Source of the DNA: Alloascoidea hylecoeti
Taxonomy: Eukaryota
Direction: 5' to 3'
NCBI GenBank assembly: GCA_001600815.1
Contig: BCKZ01000020.1
Coordinates: 274,831 to 338,830 of the forward strand
DNA length: 64,000 nt
The notes beneath the pieces are model-generated. The model worked only from the letters and a program-made list of their open reading frames with translations. It had not been told where the DNA came from and ran no database searches. This document shows positions 1 to 12,390 of this stretch, in pieces. The position numbers and the translations under genes were made by a program. Position 1 is the stretch's first letter, and each line of letters opens with the position of its first letter.

Positions 1-108
1 AATCAAATATAAAATACAATAGAAATTAATTACATATATAGTCTATAAACTTATATAAGTAGCATTAAAAATACATTAGTTAAAGTAAAGTAGAATAAGG
101 TACATCAA

Positions 109-1821
109 TTATAAAGATAATGCCAACCAATTAGATAAACCTTCCTGTTGATTATTTATATCACTTTTCTTCTCTAATTGTTGGAAGCCAATTAATTGAT
201 CATGTATGATATGTTCGTGATCATTTTCAATAAATTTCCAGATTTTTTCGAAATAACTTTCAGAAATACAGTAAACATTGCCATTTGAATCTACACACCA
301 AGAGCCAATTAGTTTTGAATCGTAACCATATCTTGATGACTTATTATTATTTGATGGTTCAACATACGAAGAAATTGAATTATTATTGTTATTGATTAAT
401 ATAACAAACGGTTTATTTTTGGAAATATTATGATAAGTTACCATTATAAATTGTTCATCTGATGAAATTTTTGTTGAGATATAACGAGAAGATCTAAGTT
501 CTGGTTGCATTTCTTTTAAATTTACAATTTGATCATGATCTTTTTTATCTTCGGGTGAGTTATAAATGTTATAAACATTTTCTGGTGATGGAGTTAAATA
601 TTTCATTATTTCTCTAATTGATTTAATAACGATTGAGGAATTTGTAATGAAATAAATATGACTTGAACTTAAAACCATTGATGTTTTATTTCCCTCTTGG
701 TGATTTGATACGAAGTAATTAATTGGCAAATATCCAATTAGCTCACCTCTTAACCGTCTGTCGAGTACAATATTAGTACTAGTTGTTTTTGATTCCGTTG
801 TGGAACTTGAGCTATATTGTGATTTATAACCATTAATAAAAACATATTTTGTGTTTAAATTTAAAGATTGATGATATTTTGAATCTTTCAATAAATTAGT
901 TAGATCTTTTGACCAGAATTTATCACAGTAAGAAATTGGTGTTAAACTAAATGTAAAAACATCTAGACTGACTTTTGGTATATTAACTGATTCATCATTA
1001 TCCTCATTGAAAAGGTTGATAATATAGAGTTTATTATGATAAATTTTAATTAATTCTGCTGCACGGTTTATATCACTAATAATGACTTGATTTCGTGATG
1101 AGTTTTGATCGAATCTCCATAATTTATGGGTCTTAATACATCGAATGGATTTAATTATAACAGAACTATTATCAAAATAATAATTATAAGATGTATTTCT
1201 GATATATTTTATAACCATGCTATCAATAAAGATTGTTTCAAGATTTTCAAATTTATCATTTGGATTAATTAGTTCATGCCAAACCCTTATATCACTATCA
1301 TTTTGTTGTTGTGGAATATCCAATACTCTATAAATGAATTTATTGTTTAAATATTTTAAGCCACCGACGCTAACTAAGTTTTCATCATCATTTTGTATCA
1401 TTGAATAGCCAAAATCACCCTGTGATAAAACCAAATTATTTGGCATTTTAATAGTCTTTTTTATCTTATAATTATTCTTTGTTGTTGACCTTTTAGCTAT
1501 TTTATTATTTGTGCAATTGATTGGTTGCTTTTTAATTGAAATTTCCGGATTATTGATTAATATTGCTTCTTTTGATTTTTGTATTGAAATGTTATATCTA
1601 CTATTCCTTAAATTGTTTTCGACATTTTGATATTTTTTAGACTCTGATAAATATTTAATTAAAATATTATAATTTCTCTTATCGAAACGGTCAACATTAA
1701 GTGATTCAAAATTAATGATACTGTAGAGTTCCTTTGACGACCTCGATAGGTTGTAAATGTCCGCCACAGATGAAGTAAGATTGGCAATCTTTAGGATAAG
1801 TTCAGTTGGTAAAGACTCCAT
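109..1821 (-). CDS. F-box domain protein with unrecognised C-terminal region (570 aa)
   Basis: N-terminus MESLPTELILKIANLTSSVADIYNLSRSSKELYSII fits the F-box pattern LP.E...I...L...D...L...S+.; intact single-exon ORF. Confidence 0.75.
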   Translation of the reverse strand: MESLPTELILKIANLTSSVADIYNLSRSSKELYSIINFESLNVDRFDKRNYNILIKYLSESKKYQNVENNLRNSRYNISIQKSKEAILINNPEISIKKQPINCTNNKIAKRSTTKNNYKIKKTIKMPNNLVLSQGDFGYSMIQNDDENLVSVGGLKYLNNKFIYRVLDIPQQQNDSDIRVWHELINPNDKFENLETIFIDSMVIKYIRNTSYNYYFDNSSVIIKSIRCIKTHKLWRFDQNSSRNQVIISDINRAAELIKIYHNKLYIINLFNEDNDESVNIPKVSLDVFTFSLTPISYCDKFWSKDLTNLLKDSKYHQSLNLNTKYVFINGYKSQYSSSSTTESKTTSTNIVLDRRLRGELIGYLPINYFVSNHQEGNKTSMVLSSSHIYFITNSSIVIKSIREIMKYLTPSPENVYNIYNSPEDKKDHDQIVNLKEMQPELRSSRYISTKISSDEQFIMVTYHNISKNKPFVILINNNNNSISSYVEPSNNNKSSRYGYDSKLIGSWCVDSNGNVYCISESYFEKIWKFIENDHEHIIHDQLIGFQQLEKKSDINNQQEGLSNWLALSL

Positions 1822-2796
1822 TTTTTTATTTGCTTTATTTGCTTTATTAGTTATTTTTCATACAATATAATTTAATTGCGATTTTAATGTTCTTATATAT
1901 AGGTTTACCCCAGACTATATGAGAAGGAGAATATCGGAAACCGATGATGAATTCCGACGGAAGGAAAATATCGGACATTCTAAATAATAATTATATAAAA
2001 CAATAACAGCTGCTTATAACGTTGTGCACCTGAGTTTTTAAATTCGCGCACGTAAGCCCAAATAAAAAATCTTCTGCTGTGTTACAACTGCGTTTATTAA
2101 TATTAACCTATATCAATTACCATAAGCGGAACAATCAGGAACAACCTTGGAGTCCGAGGCATTTAATTTGTATATTCTGTATGAAAATTTTATACTTGAA
2201 AGAAAGGCGAAAACTCGGTAAATAATGAATATTGATAATTAGCCATATATAGAATATAAAACAACTCTCATGTTTATAATTTTTAATAAACACTAAATAT
2301 TTGAGATAATCAGGTGAAGATAAATTTTAGAGACAATGAATGTAAAGTCAACGCTGCATAAAGCAGTTAATTATTTTTCACCTCCTTCAAGCAGTTAAAG
2401 AAAGTTACATTAATGTTGTGAACATATCAGATATGTAAGCTATATCACACCACAATCCATATATCCTTTGCACTTGTATGATTATAACTCCAAACTCCGA
2501 AAATACTAAAAAATAGATATGAAAAGCAAGATCTCCAGATTTTCCCCATCTCTCCACATTTCCCCTGCTGAAATTGATATCCTATATGCATATTTATATA
2601 TGCCATTTTTGTATATTCATATTTTAATTGATCAACATCTAATTTATATGATCTATAGCTAGATAAAAACAAAAACATATATCTAAAAAATTCTAATTAT
2701 AAATGATGATTAACAAAAAGCAAATGTGTAACAATGATGCTATTAAAAACAAAATTTGAGTGATTTATATATAGGCTCTTATAATTATGTGGGGTT

Positions 2797-5700
2797 TTAT
2801 TGATATGGTCTCTCCTTCGTTTGAGATAAAGTCCGTGGCAGTTTTGGTTTAATATTATGATTTTGACCACCACTTTGAGACATTGATCGGGTGATAATTT
2901 GTTGAAATGATGATTTATGAGAGAGTATGACTCCATTGCTTGTAGATACAGTTGAAGATGTAGATGTGGATGCGGATATAGTTGGATTTTGCAATTGTGT
3001 TGAAGATGTGTTAACTGTGGACATGGAATTTAAAGATGTCGATGAATTTAAATTTAAAGAGTTAATTGATGATATTGAGGAACTTGTACTTTGTAACTGC
3101 GAATGTGAATGTGAAGAGGGGAAGTTAAATGGTTGTTGTATTTGTGGTGGACTCATCATCATCATCATCATTTGTTGTTGTTGTAATTGTAATTGGTTAG
3201 CATTATTCATTGAGGCATTATTTGATGTTGAAGAAGAATTATAATTTTCTAAATCCCGATATGATGATACTTCTAAACATGGTGGTATTTCTTTTGTGAC
3301 TCGTGTTAAACTTGTAATTTGTGGTCTTAATTGATATAAACTTGGCATATTAATAATTGAAGTTTTTAATGATAAGCAGATTGTAATAACAGCTTTTAAG
3401 AAATTATTAATATTTTCCCAAATTTTTCTTTTCAGTTTATTGTCAGTAATTACTTCTTGATGCTGATCTTGTAATGACTCAGCTTTAATTATTTGGTTTT
3501 GTAATATTTTTGAGATTTCAATGGCAGCTGAACAGTTTACAACTGAATCTTTAATTTTAGAGTCACGATTATCATTATAATTTTCATTTTCATTTACACC
3601 ATCAGTTATATTTGAATCATTTAAAGATTTTGCAAAATTTTCTAATAACTGATTAAAAACAGATTGTGCTGTATTGGTTGCTGTCTTTATGACCTCGTAT
3701 AGTCTTGAATCTGCAGTTAAATACTGTGATAAATCAGAAATACTATCATTATTCTTACTGTTATTCATGATTGATGATAACGAAGGAGATGGGAATGTCG
3801 CAACATGCAAATTTAATGGTGAGGGTATAAATTTCTTATGTCCATGGTTAGAAGGTGTATTTGAACTAGCATGATTATTATAACGATTTTGACTTTGAGT
3901 ATTATTATTATCAGGTGAAAGAACCATTGGGGATCTATTAATTGCTTGTGGGAATAAAGTGAACCATGCGTTATAAATTTCATTAGAAGAACCAAATAAT
4001 GCCATTAATAGCGTTCTTGTATATCTTACATCAGCGAATTTAGTAAAAGAATCGATATTGTCTTTGATTAGTGAAATGATTGATTTAAAAGTAAATATAC
4101 AATCTTTACAGGCATGAATTATTTGTTGAATTGACTTTTGTTCTTTCTCATTATCATCTATCGCTGATGTACTGGTGGTTTTAGTATTATCATGAATATG
4201 ATTATTATCTGAAGCTTCTATTACTTCCAGAACATCAACTAAATGATCCATTTGCATTTTACCATTATGAATTAATATTGCCATTCTAGATCCTAATTTT
4301 TTATCAGAGCAGAAATTATTATATTTCTTAATTGATGAACTAATCTGTGAAAATGAATAAATTAATTTTCTTGATACTTGTATATATCGAATTTCTTTCA
4401 TTGAATCTAAAGTAGAACTAGTTGTTATTGGTGTTGTTGAACTATTATTATCAATATTGTTTAAACTTGGGCTTGAAGATGATAATGAAGGAGAAGAAGG
4501 AAAAGAAGTTGGAGCATGAACAGCATGATTTTTCGCATTAAACGAAGGACTTAAAAGATAGTTGGCTATTATTGGTGAACTAGATTCAAATGCATGGTTA
4601 TTTTTTTCGTTACCATTACTATTATTAATAATAATATCACGGCCGCCTGAATTTGAAATTGGCGTTGATGAGTCTGAAATTGAAATATTATTTGAATTAT
4701 CAGCATTTATTTGATAGTCTCCAAAGTTAAAATCCGTTGAAGTTTCATCATTAATTTTCAATCGATTATGATTGTTTCTCCGATCGTTTCTGGCGGGAAT
4801 TCCATCATCATCGTTAAGTTTTAAAGTATCTTTTAAGTCGTATGTACTCAATACAGTAAGATCATAACTGTTGACTGCCTCATTGGGTATTGACTCAGAA
4901 TGCCTTACGATATCACTGGCTTTATTGTGCTGAATAACTTCTAGATTTAAAGAAGGTGCGGACTTTTGTTTTCTAATAACCTTGTTTTTGTCTGAAACAA
5001 ATGAAAACTCAATTGTGTTGTTGGTATCTGGAGGTTTAAGTTGTTCAGTTTTACTATTAAGGTTTAAAGTTGTATCTGAGCTTGGATTAACATTAGAGTT
5101 TGGATCTGAACAATCAGCATTATGAACATAAATGGAAACATTTTCATTTTTTGATAATAAATTTGAAGATGAAATTGAATCCCTATGTACTTTTATAGGA
5201 GTAGGTGGAGATATATTAATATCACTATTTGATCGAAATCTTTTAAAACTGGCTGATTTGGGGCTATTAACACCAATTAACTGTTGTAATCTTCCAATTT
5301 TTGATTCTTTTTCTTTTGATGATTGCAAATCTGAGTGAGATTTTCTAAATCTTAAATTATGACCATGTAAAAAAAGTGATGGTGGTGGTTTTAATATTGA
5401 TGAACTTGGTGTTGATAGGTTTGTATCATCAATATTATAATTGATATCATTAAATGTTTGAGTTTTTGGAGTTAAATTTAATAATTGACTATAATCACTT
5501 ACATCTCCATTATATTCTATAACGTTATATTTGATATCATTTTGTATTTGTGTTTGATTTTGAATCTGATTTTGATCGTTAATTGAACTTGAAACATTCT
5601 CCAATTTTTCATAGATCTCGGCTTCATGTTCAATTAAATAACTCTGTATTTTATTTATAAATCCATTAATATTAGAATTCTCAGTATAGGAAATTTGATT

Positions 5701-6348
5701 TAAAAAAGTTTCTGATGGTATTTTTAAAGGATTTTTATCAATTTCTAAAATTTGAAGTTGATTCAAATATCCAATAACAGGTGGTAAATATATGAAACAA
5801 TTTGATTTTAATGATAAAACTTTTAACGTTTTAGATAAAGTACCAGGGGATTTTGGTAATAAAGATAATTTATTATTACTGAGATCAAGAGCCTCTAAAG
5901 ATTTTAAAGAAAGAATCTAAATAAGATGAAATATAAATAGTTAGTATAATTATAAATTCTTTTGTACCGTAAATTGAGTTTTATATTATAGCCTTACTGA
6001 TTTAGGAAAAATTGATAAATTATTACCATGAAGATTTAAATATCTTAATTGTGATAATTGTCCAAAATTCTCAGGTAAATCTATCAATAAATTATTATGT
6101 AAATTCAAAGTTTTAAGTGAATAATTTGATAATAATTCAATTATATTTTTTGAAATTTTTTTTAAATCTTTTGAAGATAAGTTTATATCTGTTCTATTTG
6201 TTGTAAAGTAATTTTTTATAAATATAAATAAACCATCTGGATCCGGAGATCTATCTATTCCAATACTTGGACTTGTATTGGAAGATTGTAATGATAATTT
6301 TAAAGGAGACGGTGGCGGGCAGGGCGATTTTAAATGTGAAGCCATCAT
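2797..6348 (-). CDS. SOG2: Sog2-like LRR protein of the RAM network; exons 6348-5998 and 5916-2797 (~1156 aa)
   Basis: N-terminal LRRs (LKTLNLHNNLLIDLP, LRYLNLHGNNLSIFP, LEALDLSNNKLSLLP) join in frame across an 81-nt intron at 5997-5917 (GTAAGG...TACTAAC...TAG); the C-terminal part has the Sog2-type motif ADVRYTRTLLMALFGSSNEIYNAW. Confidence 0.85.
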
Positions 6349-6656
6349 GCTAATATTAATAGTCTCTGGCTGGTGATGAGGAGAAATAGAAATGTGGAAT
6401 TAAAAAATATGAGTTGAGACTTTATAACAGGATATTATTATAATTACTACATTTCTACAACAACTTTTTTGTTAGTTATATTTATATTTATAATTAAATA
6501 TTATATTACTATTATTATTACTATACTAATATTTTTTTGATTTTATGTTATTGTATTCTTCTTCTTCCTCCTTGAAATTAATTAATTATTTCCTTCCTCT
6601 AGTTTTTATTTCTTTCTTTCCGTATAACAAATTTAATCTAAATATGTTGAACCAAT

Positions 6657-7662
6657 TTACAAATCAGCATCATCTTCATCCGGTAATGGCAAAGCAGTAG
6701 CTTGTTCCATTTCTTGTTGATATTTGCTCATCAAAGCAGCATCAACTTGGACCTCTGGTGGAGCCAAAGCAGGAGAAGCAACAAAGACTAATTGAGGATT
6801 ACCAACCAATTTTCTTGCTAACCATAAAAATGGCTTTTCAAAATTGTAGTTTGATTTGGCGGAAATATCGTAATATTGTAAATTCTTCTTTCTGTGAAAT
6901 GTGATTGTTTTGGCTTTAACTTTTCTTTCCTTAACATCAACTTTGTTACCACATAAGACAATTGGGATATTTTCGCAAACACGGACCAAATCACGATGCC
7001 AGTTTGGAACATTCTTGTAAGTGATACGGGAAGTGACATCAAACATGATGATACCACATTGACCATTAATATAATAACCATCACGGAGACCACCGAACTT
7101 TTCTTGGCCTGCTGTATCCCAGACATCGAATTTGATTTGACCATAATCGGTATGGAAAGCCAATGGATGAACTTCAACACCAAGAGTGGCAATGTATTTT
7201 TTTTCAAATTCACCAGTTAAATGACGTTTAACAAAAGTAGTCTATAATATAAAATGAAATTGGTTAGTTTTATCATTTTTTAATTCCAAATTGAATGAAA
7301 AAAAAATTTAAGGTGTGAAAAAAACATGATAATAGGAGATATAGGAAAGACACTTGGCAGTAACCAACCGCCATAGCAAAATAGCAACTTAATTCCAGCA
7401 AAACCATCATCAATCAACCATTAACATAATCAATGAAGATGAAGAAGGAGAAGAAGAACTGAAGGTTTTGTGAAATATTCATTGATCATATGAGATCAAA
7501 CATTGCTCATTCCCGATCCAGATCCCAAAAAAAAAAAAATTACACACAAAAACAGAAAATCAATCAAAAAACAAAAAATACTAAGAAAAAAACACATACT
7601 TTACCAGTACCACCATCACCAACTAAAACAAGTTTAAAAGTAGGGACTTCTTGTTCAGACAT
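6657..7662 (-). CDS. GSP1: Ran GTPase; exons 7662-7600 and 7241-6657 (215 aa)
   Basis: [49 protein letters not shown] and acidic tail LPDEDDADL; 358-nt intron GTATGT...ACTAAC...TAG. Confidence 0.97.
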
Positions 7663-8519
7663 TGTAGTTTATTTTATCTTAAAAATTGAAGAAATATCAA
7701 AGATCTGATTTTTTAAAGAAAAGAGAAAAACATTTTTGGAAAATCAAAGAAAAAATAATATAATTTGAAGGGTGTACGGGTGTAGTTGCTCACGGCAACC
7801 ACGTTACGTAATGTTTACTAATTCACTATGTATTTATTCAATGAAACACACAATATATTTAAATTTTAAAATGATACCAAAGTTTTGCAAAAGATAAATA
7901 TAATAATAAAAGATAAAAAGATAAAAAATAAAAGATTTAAACTAAACATATTAAGAAGTATAAATATGTGTATTTCTTCCTCACTTTTTGTTTGTTTGTT
8001 TGTTAGTTTATAAATATAAATATAAATATAAATATAAAAAAGACTATAAAAAAGTGTGTGCAAAAAAAGAATATAATTAGCTTTTTTTATACCAATTTTT
8101 TCTTTCATTTAATTAACTAATATAATAAAATTTAAATTGAATTTTTCAAATTTTCAAAAAACAATATAAGAAAAAAAATTTAATAATATGATATGATTTA
8201 TTCATATCGATCAATATCATCAACAACATTAGACAACAAAACAAAATTAATAATAAATAATTAATAAGAAAAAAAAGATAAAAGATAAATAAAAAAAAGA
8301 GAGTATCGTGGACATTTATTTAATTAAGTTTTAGGATCGAGATTGAGATTGGGATTTTGAGATAGAGATTGAAACATGGGTTGTGTGTTTTCCATGTTCA
8401 TGATTATAATAATTTGATTTATATTGAAAAAAAAAAAATGATATAAAAAAACAAAGATAAAACAAAGAAATGATAAATGACAAAGATAAAAAACTATGAA
8501 ATAGAATTAATAATAATTA

Positions 8520-8524
<5 letters not shown>

Positions 8525-8563
<39 letters not shown>
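8525..8563 (+). repeat. (AAT)13 microsatellite within a longer degenerate AAT tract downstream of PBS2
   Basis: Read directly from the sequence. Confidence 0.9.
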
Positions 8564-8564
<1 letters not shown>

Positions 8565-8646
8565 GTAAAAGTAATAATAATAGTAATAATTGTAATAATA
8601 ATAAGTAAGTTAAGAATAATTAATCAATTAATTAACAATTGTGTAT

Positions 8647-10560
8647 TCATTCATCTAGATTTAAATTCTTTAAATTGTTTATAAGCTTTGAGTTTGATTT
8701 ATTTGACGATGATGATGATGATGATCTATGTCGATTTTCTTTATTTTCATTTATTGATCTAATAGAAGAACCTGATCCATTTCTTGATAAATTTCCATTG
8801 TTTGAATGCGATGAACCATTTCTTGATAAATTATTGGTACTTGAATGTGATGAACCATTTCTTGATAATCCTCCAATATTTGAATTTGAATTTGAATTTG
8901 AATTTGAATTTGAATTTGAATTTGATGAACCAGTTCTTGATAAATTATTAATATTTGAATTTGTTGAACTATTTCTTGATAAACTACCAGCACTTGATCT
9001 ATTTATTGAATTTGCATGTTTTAAAGAACCAGATTTTTCTAAAGCAATACGTTGCCTTTCTTGTTCTTTTTCTTTTTCTTCTCTTTCTTTATCTTCTAAT
9101 TTTTTTTTGATTTTTAATCTTTCAGCAACAAAACCAACCATATCAATATCTTTATCTCTATAATAAGTTAACCATTTACTTTCTAATAATTTATCATAAG
9201 TTGGTCTATCTTGTGGAGATTTATTTAAACATTTATTAACAAAATCTCTTGCTTCATTTGAAAATTTCCCTTCTGGTAATGAAGGAGGTTCACCATCAAC
9301 AATTGCACTTAATTGTGAGAAAATATTACCAAAAGTTTCTGGGGGATAAGGATAACAACCTTTTGCGCATTCTAATATTGATAAACCCAAAGACCAAATA
9401 TCAGATTGTACAGTATAAGTAATTGCATCATCAGGATTAATTGATTTAATTCTTTCAGGGGCCATATAAGATTGACAACCAATATTAGTTCTTGCCATTG
9501 AAGCAACCAAATTACCAGAAACACCAAAATCACATAATTTAACTTTACCAGTAGTTGAAATCAAAATATTAGTTGGTTTAACATCTCTATGAATAATCTC
9601 ATGATCTTTTTTTAAAACTTGTAAACCACAAACAACACTTTCAGTAATTCTTGCCAAGTAAGGCTCAGGAATACCATCTTGATAAATTTTATCTAAACTA
9701 CCACCATCCATATATTCCATACACATAAAAACAGCACCTTCAATGAAAAAAGCACCATAAAAATCAATAATATATTCAGATTGACAATTATGTAATATTT
9801 CCAATTCCATTAAGATTTGTCTAAATTTTGCTTCATCTAATTCCAGTCTAATTTCTTTCATTGCCATTATTACACCAGTTGGTTTATGTAAAACTTTCGA
9901 AACAGTTGCGTAGTTGCCTCTACCTAATTCAGGAGATAAGATGGTGAAATCTGATTGAGTAATTTTGAAGGAATGACCGGTTGAGGTGAAGTCAATACCA
10001 TGAGAATGAAGGGAAATTTTGCCAGCAAAATTAAGAGAACCAGATCTAATATCAACATATTTTGAATAATTTGCAAAAAGTCCTTGTAGAAGAGGTTTTT
10101 GTCGAGAATTTAAATTTGAATTTGAAGTTGAAACCTGGGAGGATTGAGCAGGAATTCTTTGGTTTCTGAGTTGAGCAGCCACATCATTTGAATGGTTCTG
10201 ATTTTGAGGGAAAATGGGAGAAGCCGAGGTTGACTGTGAAGAATCCACTATGGGCATCGCCAGGGTCATTCCACGTCGTTGGGACAGACTTTGTTTCTTC
10301 TGTTTGGGAGGGTCCCTGTGGGTATTGTTGGGGGTGTCTCCGGGTGAGTCCCTGAGGGAGTCCGTGGGACGAGTGGGATGGGAAGCCTTAGCAGGGGTGT
10401 CCCTGAGGTCCCTTAGGTCCCTTAGGTCCCTATGGTCTCGTGGATCTTTGTCCCTGTGTGGGTCCCTGGGCAGATCCGAACGACGCTGCTGGAACGCCAG
10501 CACTCTGGCCTGGACCTCGGCACTGAACCCGTTGAAGTAAATATCACGTGTGTCACCCAT
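8647..10560 (-). CDS. PBS2: HOG-pathway MAP kinase kinase (Pbs2/Wis1), ~637 aa from the ATG at 10560
   Basis: ELGRGNY, MAMKEIRLELDEAKFRQILMELEILH, HRDVKPTN, DFGVSGNLVASMARTNIGCQSYMAPERI; start placed at MGDTRD rather than the upstream non-ATG ORF start. Confidence 0.93.
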   Translation of the reverse strand: MGDTRDIYFNGFSAEVQARVLAFQQRRSDLPRDPHRDKDPRDHRDLRDLRDLRDTPAKASHPTRPTDSLRDSPGDTPNNTHRDPPKQKKQSLSQRRGMTLAMPIVDSSQSTSASPIFPQNQNHSNDVAAQLRNQRIPAQSSQVSTSNSNLNSRQKPLLQGLFANYSKYVDIRSGSLNFAGKISLHSHGIDFTSTGHSFKITQSDFTILSPELGRGNYATVSKVLHKPTGVIMAMKEIRLELDEAKFRQILMELEILHNCQSEYIIDFYGAFFIEGAVFMCMEYMDGGSLDKIYQDGIPEPYLARITESVVCGLQVLKKDHEIIHRDVKPTNILISTTGKVKLCDFGVSGNLVASMARTNIGCQSYMAPERIKSINPDDAITYTVQSDIWSLGLSILECAKGCYPYPPETFGNIFSQLSAIVDGEPPSLPEGKFSNEARDFVNKCLNKSPQDRPTYDKLLESKWLTYYRDKDIDMVGFVAERLKIKKKLEDKEREEKEKEQERQRIALEKSGSLKHANSINRSSAGSLSRNSSTNSNINNLSRTGSSNSNSNSNSNSNSNSNIGGLSRNGSSHSSTNNLSRNGSSHSNNGNLSRNGSGSSIRSINENKENRHRSSSSSSSNKSNSKLINNLKNLNLDE

Positions 10561-11616
10561 TGCCAAACTTGCCAAAACGTGGAAAATGAGGAAAAAACAG
10601 CAGAAGCGAAGTTTGAAAATGGTGGTGGGTGTGCGGGTGTTTAAGGCTGTCACCCCCATCAGGGTAACCAACCAGCAACGTCACATGATATGGTCTGATC
10701 ACACCCTCTGCTACTTTTATTCCAAAACATCTGTGGAGTTTTTAACGTTATCCTTTTCGGATCATCTATAGCTATGTAAATCTTATGAGGAGGTCCTAGG
10801 GATCAGTAGAATTTGACCTGTTTGTTGCAATCGATAACAACCCTACCATTAATACACAGCTCCACACCATCCATGAAAGCCAATAAAGTTGAAACCCCCC
10901 TACTTTCTGCTTAACTCTATTTTGGGAGCTAAAGAATCGATTTCTTCCATAAACATAAATGTAATTGGAGGGGTGGGACTCCATCAAAAACTGCTCTTAA
11001 CCCTGTTTCACTTTCGTCTATTATTTTGAGACGATCGGATACCAATTGCTAAAACATGAAGCATCAGTCTCATTTATAACCACCCGTAGTAACTTTGTTT
11101 TTCCTGTCCTAGGACTAGGAGGCCCATGTAATAAAACCTGACAGGGTGGAGAGATACTGAAATTAGTGAAATAATCTGCTGATTTCACCGGTAATTTAAT
11201 ATTTGTTGCTAATCTCTTGTTCTACTGAATTATAAGTCATATTCATGATCAATAGATTATATTTTAACTCATAATTATAAGAATATAATATGTCTTTTTC
11301 CAATAATAAGGTTTCTTTATTACTTTCAACTTCAGTACTAGTTTTATAGAAATAGAAACTTCAACTTAATCGGATTTTTTGTTTCCAATTATGCCACCTA
11401 AAACTAATACACCAAATCTTTTTGAAACTTTAATAGTATTAACATCTGGTCTATGATTTTTTAGAGGCCCAGCAGCTTCGAATTCATTGTCTTTGGTGGA
11501 TCTGATGACATAAGCATGACATAATGTCTGAGAGGCAATCATTATTTTACGGGCTTAATTTTTCCTTTTGATCTTTTGATCTTCCTTCCACTTAATTTCA
11601 AACACAAGAAATCAAA

Positions 11617-12163
11617 ATGTCGAGGGCTGTGTGGTATGTTGAGATCATATTTATATATTATCGGTAGTGTGAAACTAACAAAATGAATACTTCAAGGACA
11701 TACGTTTCTGCTGTTGTTTTCAACTGTATCAGTTTATTTGGACAGGTGTTTTTCACGGTCATGTATAGTGATTTGGAAAGTGGTAAGTTATCTTTTCATT
11801 ACCATATATTTTTTTTATATTTAAATGCTTATATTAACTCTTTTAAAAGACTTTATCAATCCTATTGATCTATGTAACAAATTAAATCAATTTATTTTAC
11901 CGGATGTTTTTCTACATGGCTTTTTAACATTAATCATGTTAATTAATGGATTTTGGTTTTCATTATTACTAAATTTACCGTTATTTGCCTATAATATTAA
12001 AAAATTAATTGATAAGAATTATTTATTAGATGCCACAGAGATTTTTAGAACATTGGGTAAACATAAAAGAGAAAGTTTTTTAAAGATTGCTTTTCATTTA
12101 GGTTTATTTTTCTTTTATTTATGGATGATGATTATGTCATTAATTGAATCTGAAGAAGAATAA
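11617..12163 (+). CDS. ERV14: Cornichon-family COPII cargo receptor; exons 11617-11633, 11697-11782, 11850-12163 (138 aa)
   Basis: Spliced product [47 protein letters not shown]...[11 protein letters not shown]; introns GTATGT..ACTAAC..AAG and GTAAGT..TATTAAC..AAG restore the frame. Confidence 0.93.
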
Positions 12164-12390
12164 ATAATTTATATTATATTATATTATTATTATATTTATA
12201 ATCTATGAAAAGAATAAAATTTGACAATTGTCTAATATGTATTTTTTTTGTACTGTACTGTAAAATTCCATACTGTACTTACCATAAGAAAACCAAACCT
12301 CCTTTTCTTTTTCTTTTTCTTTTTCTTTCCTCTTCTTTTTCTTCCTCCTCCTTTTTTGCTCCTATTTTTATCCATTTATATATCTTATAA

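Noticed and set aside
2927..3244. Antisense ORFs over SOG2 (also 3674-3874 and 5132-5338)
   Set aside because: Shadows of low-complexity coding sequence on the opposite strand.
8639..9163. 174-aa + strand ORF with FE repeats
   Set aside because: Antisense reading of the PBS2 Ser/Asn repeat tail.
9844..9846. Alternative CUG-Ser or CUG-Ala genetic code
   Set aside because: CTG encodes the conserved Leu of PBS2 EIRLELDE; one site only, but consistent with the standard code.
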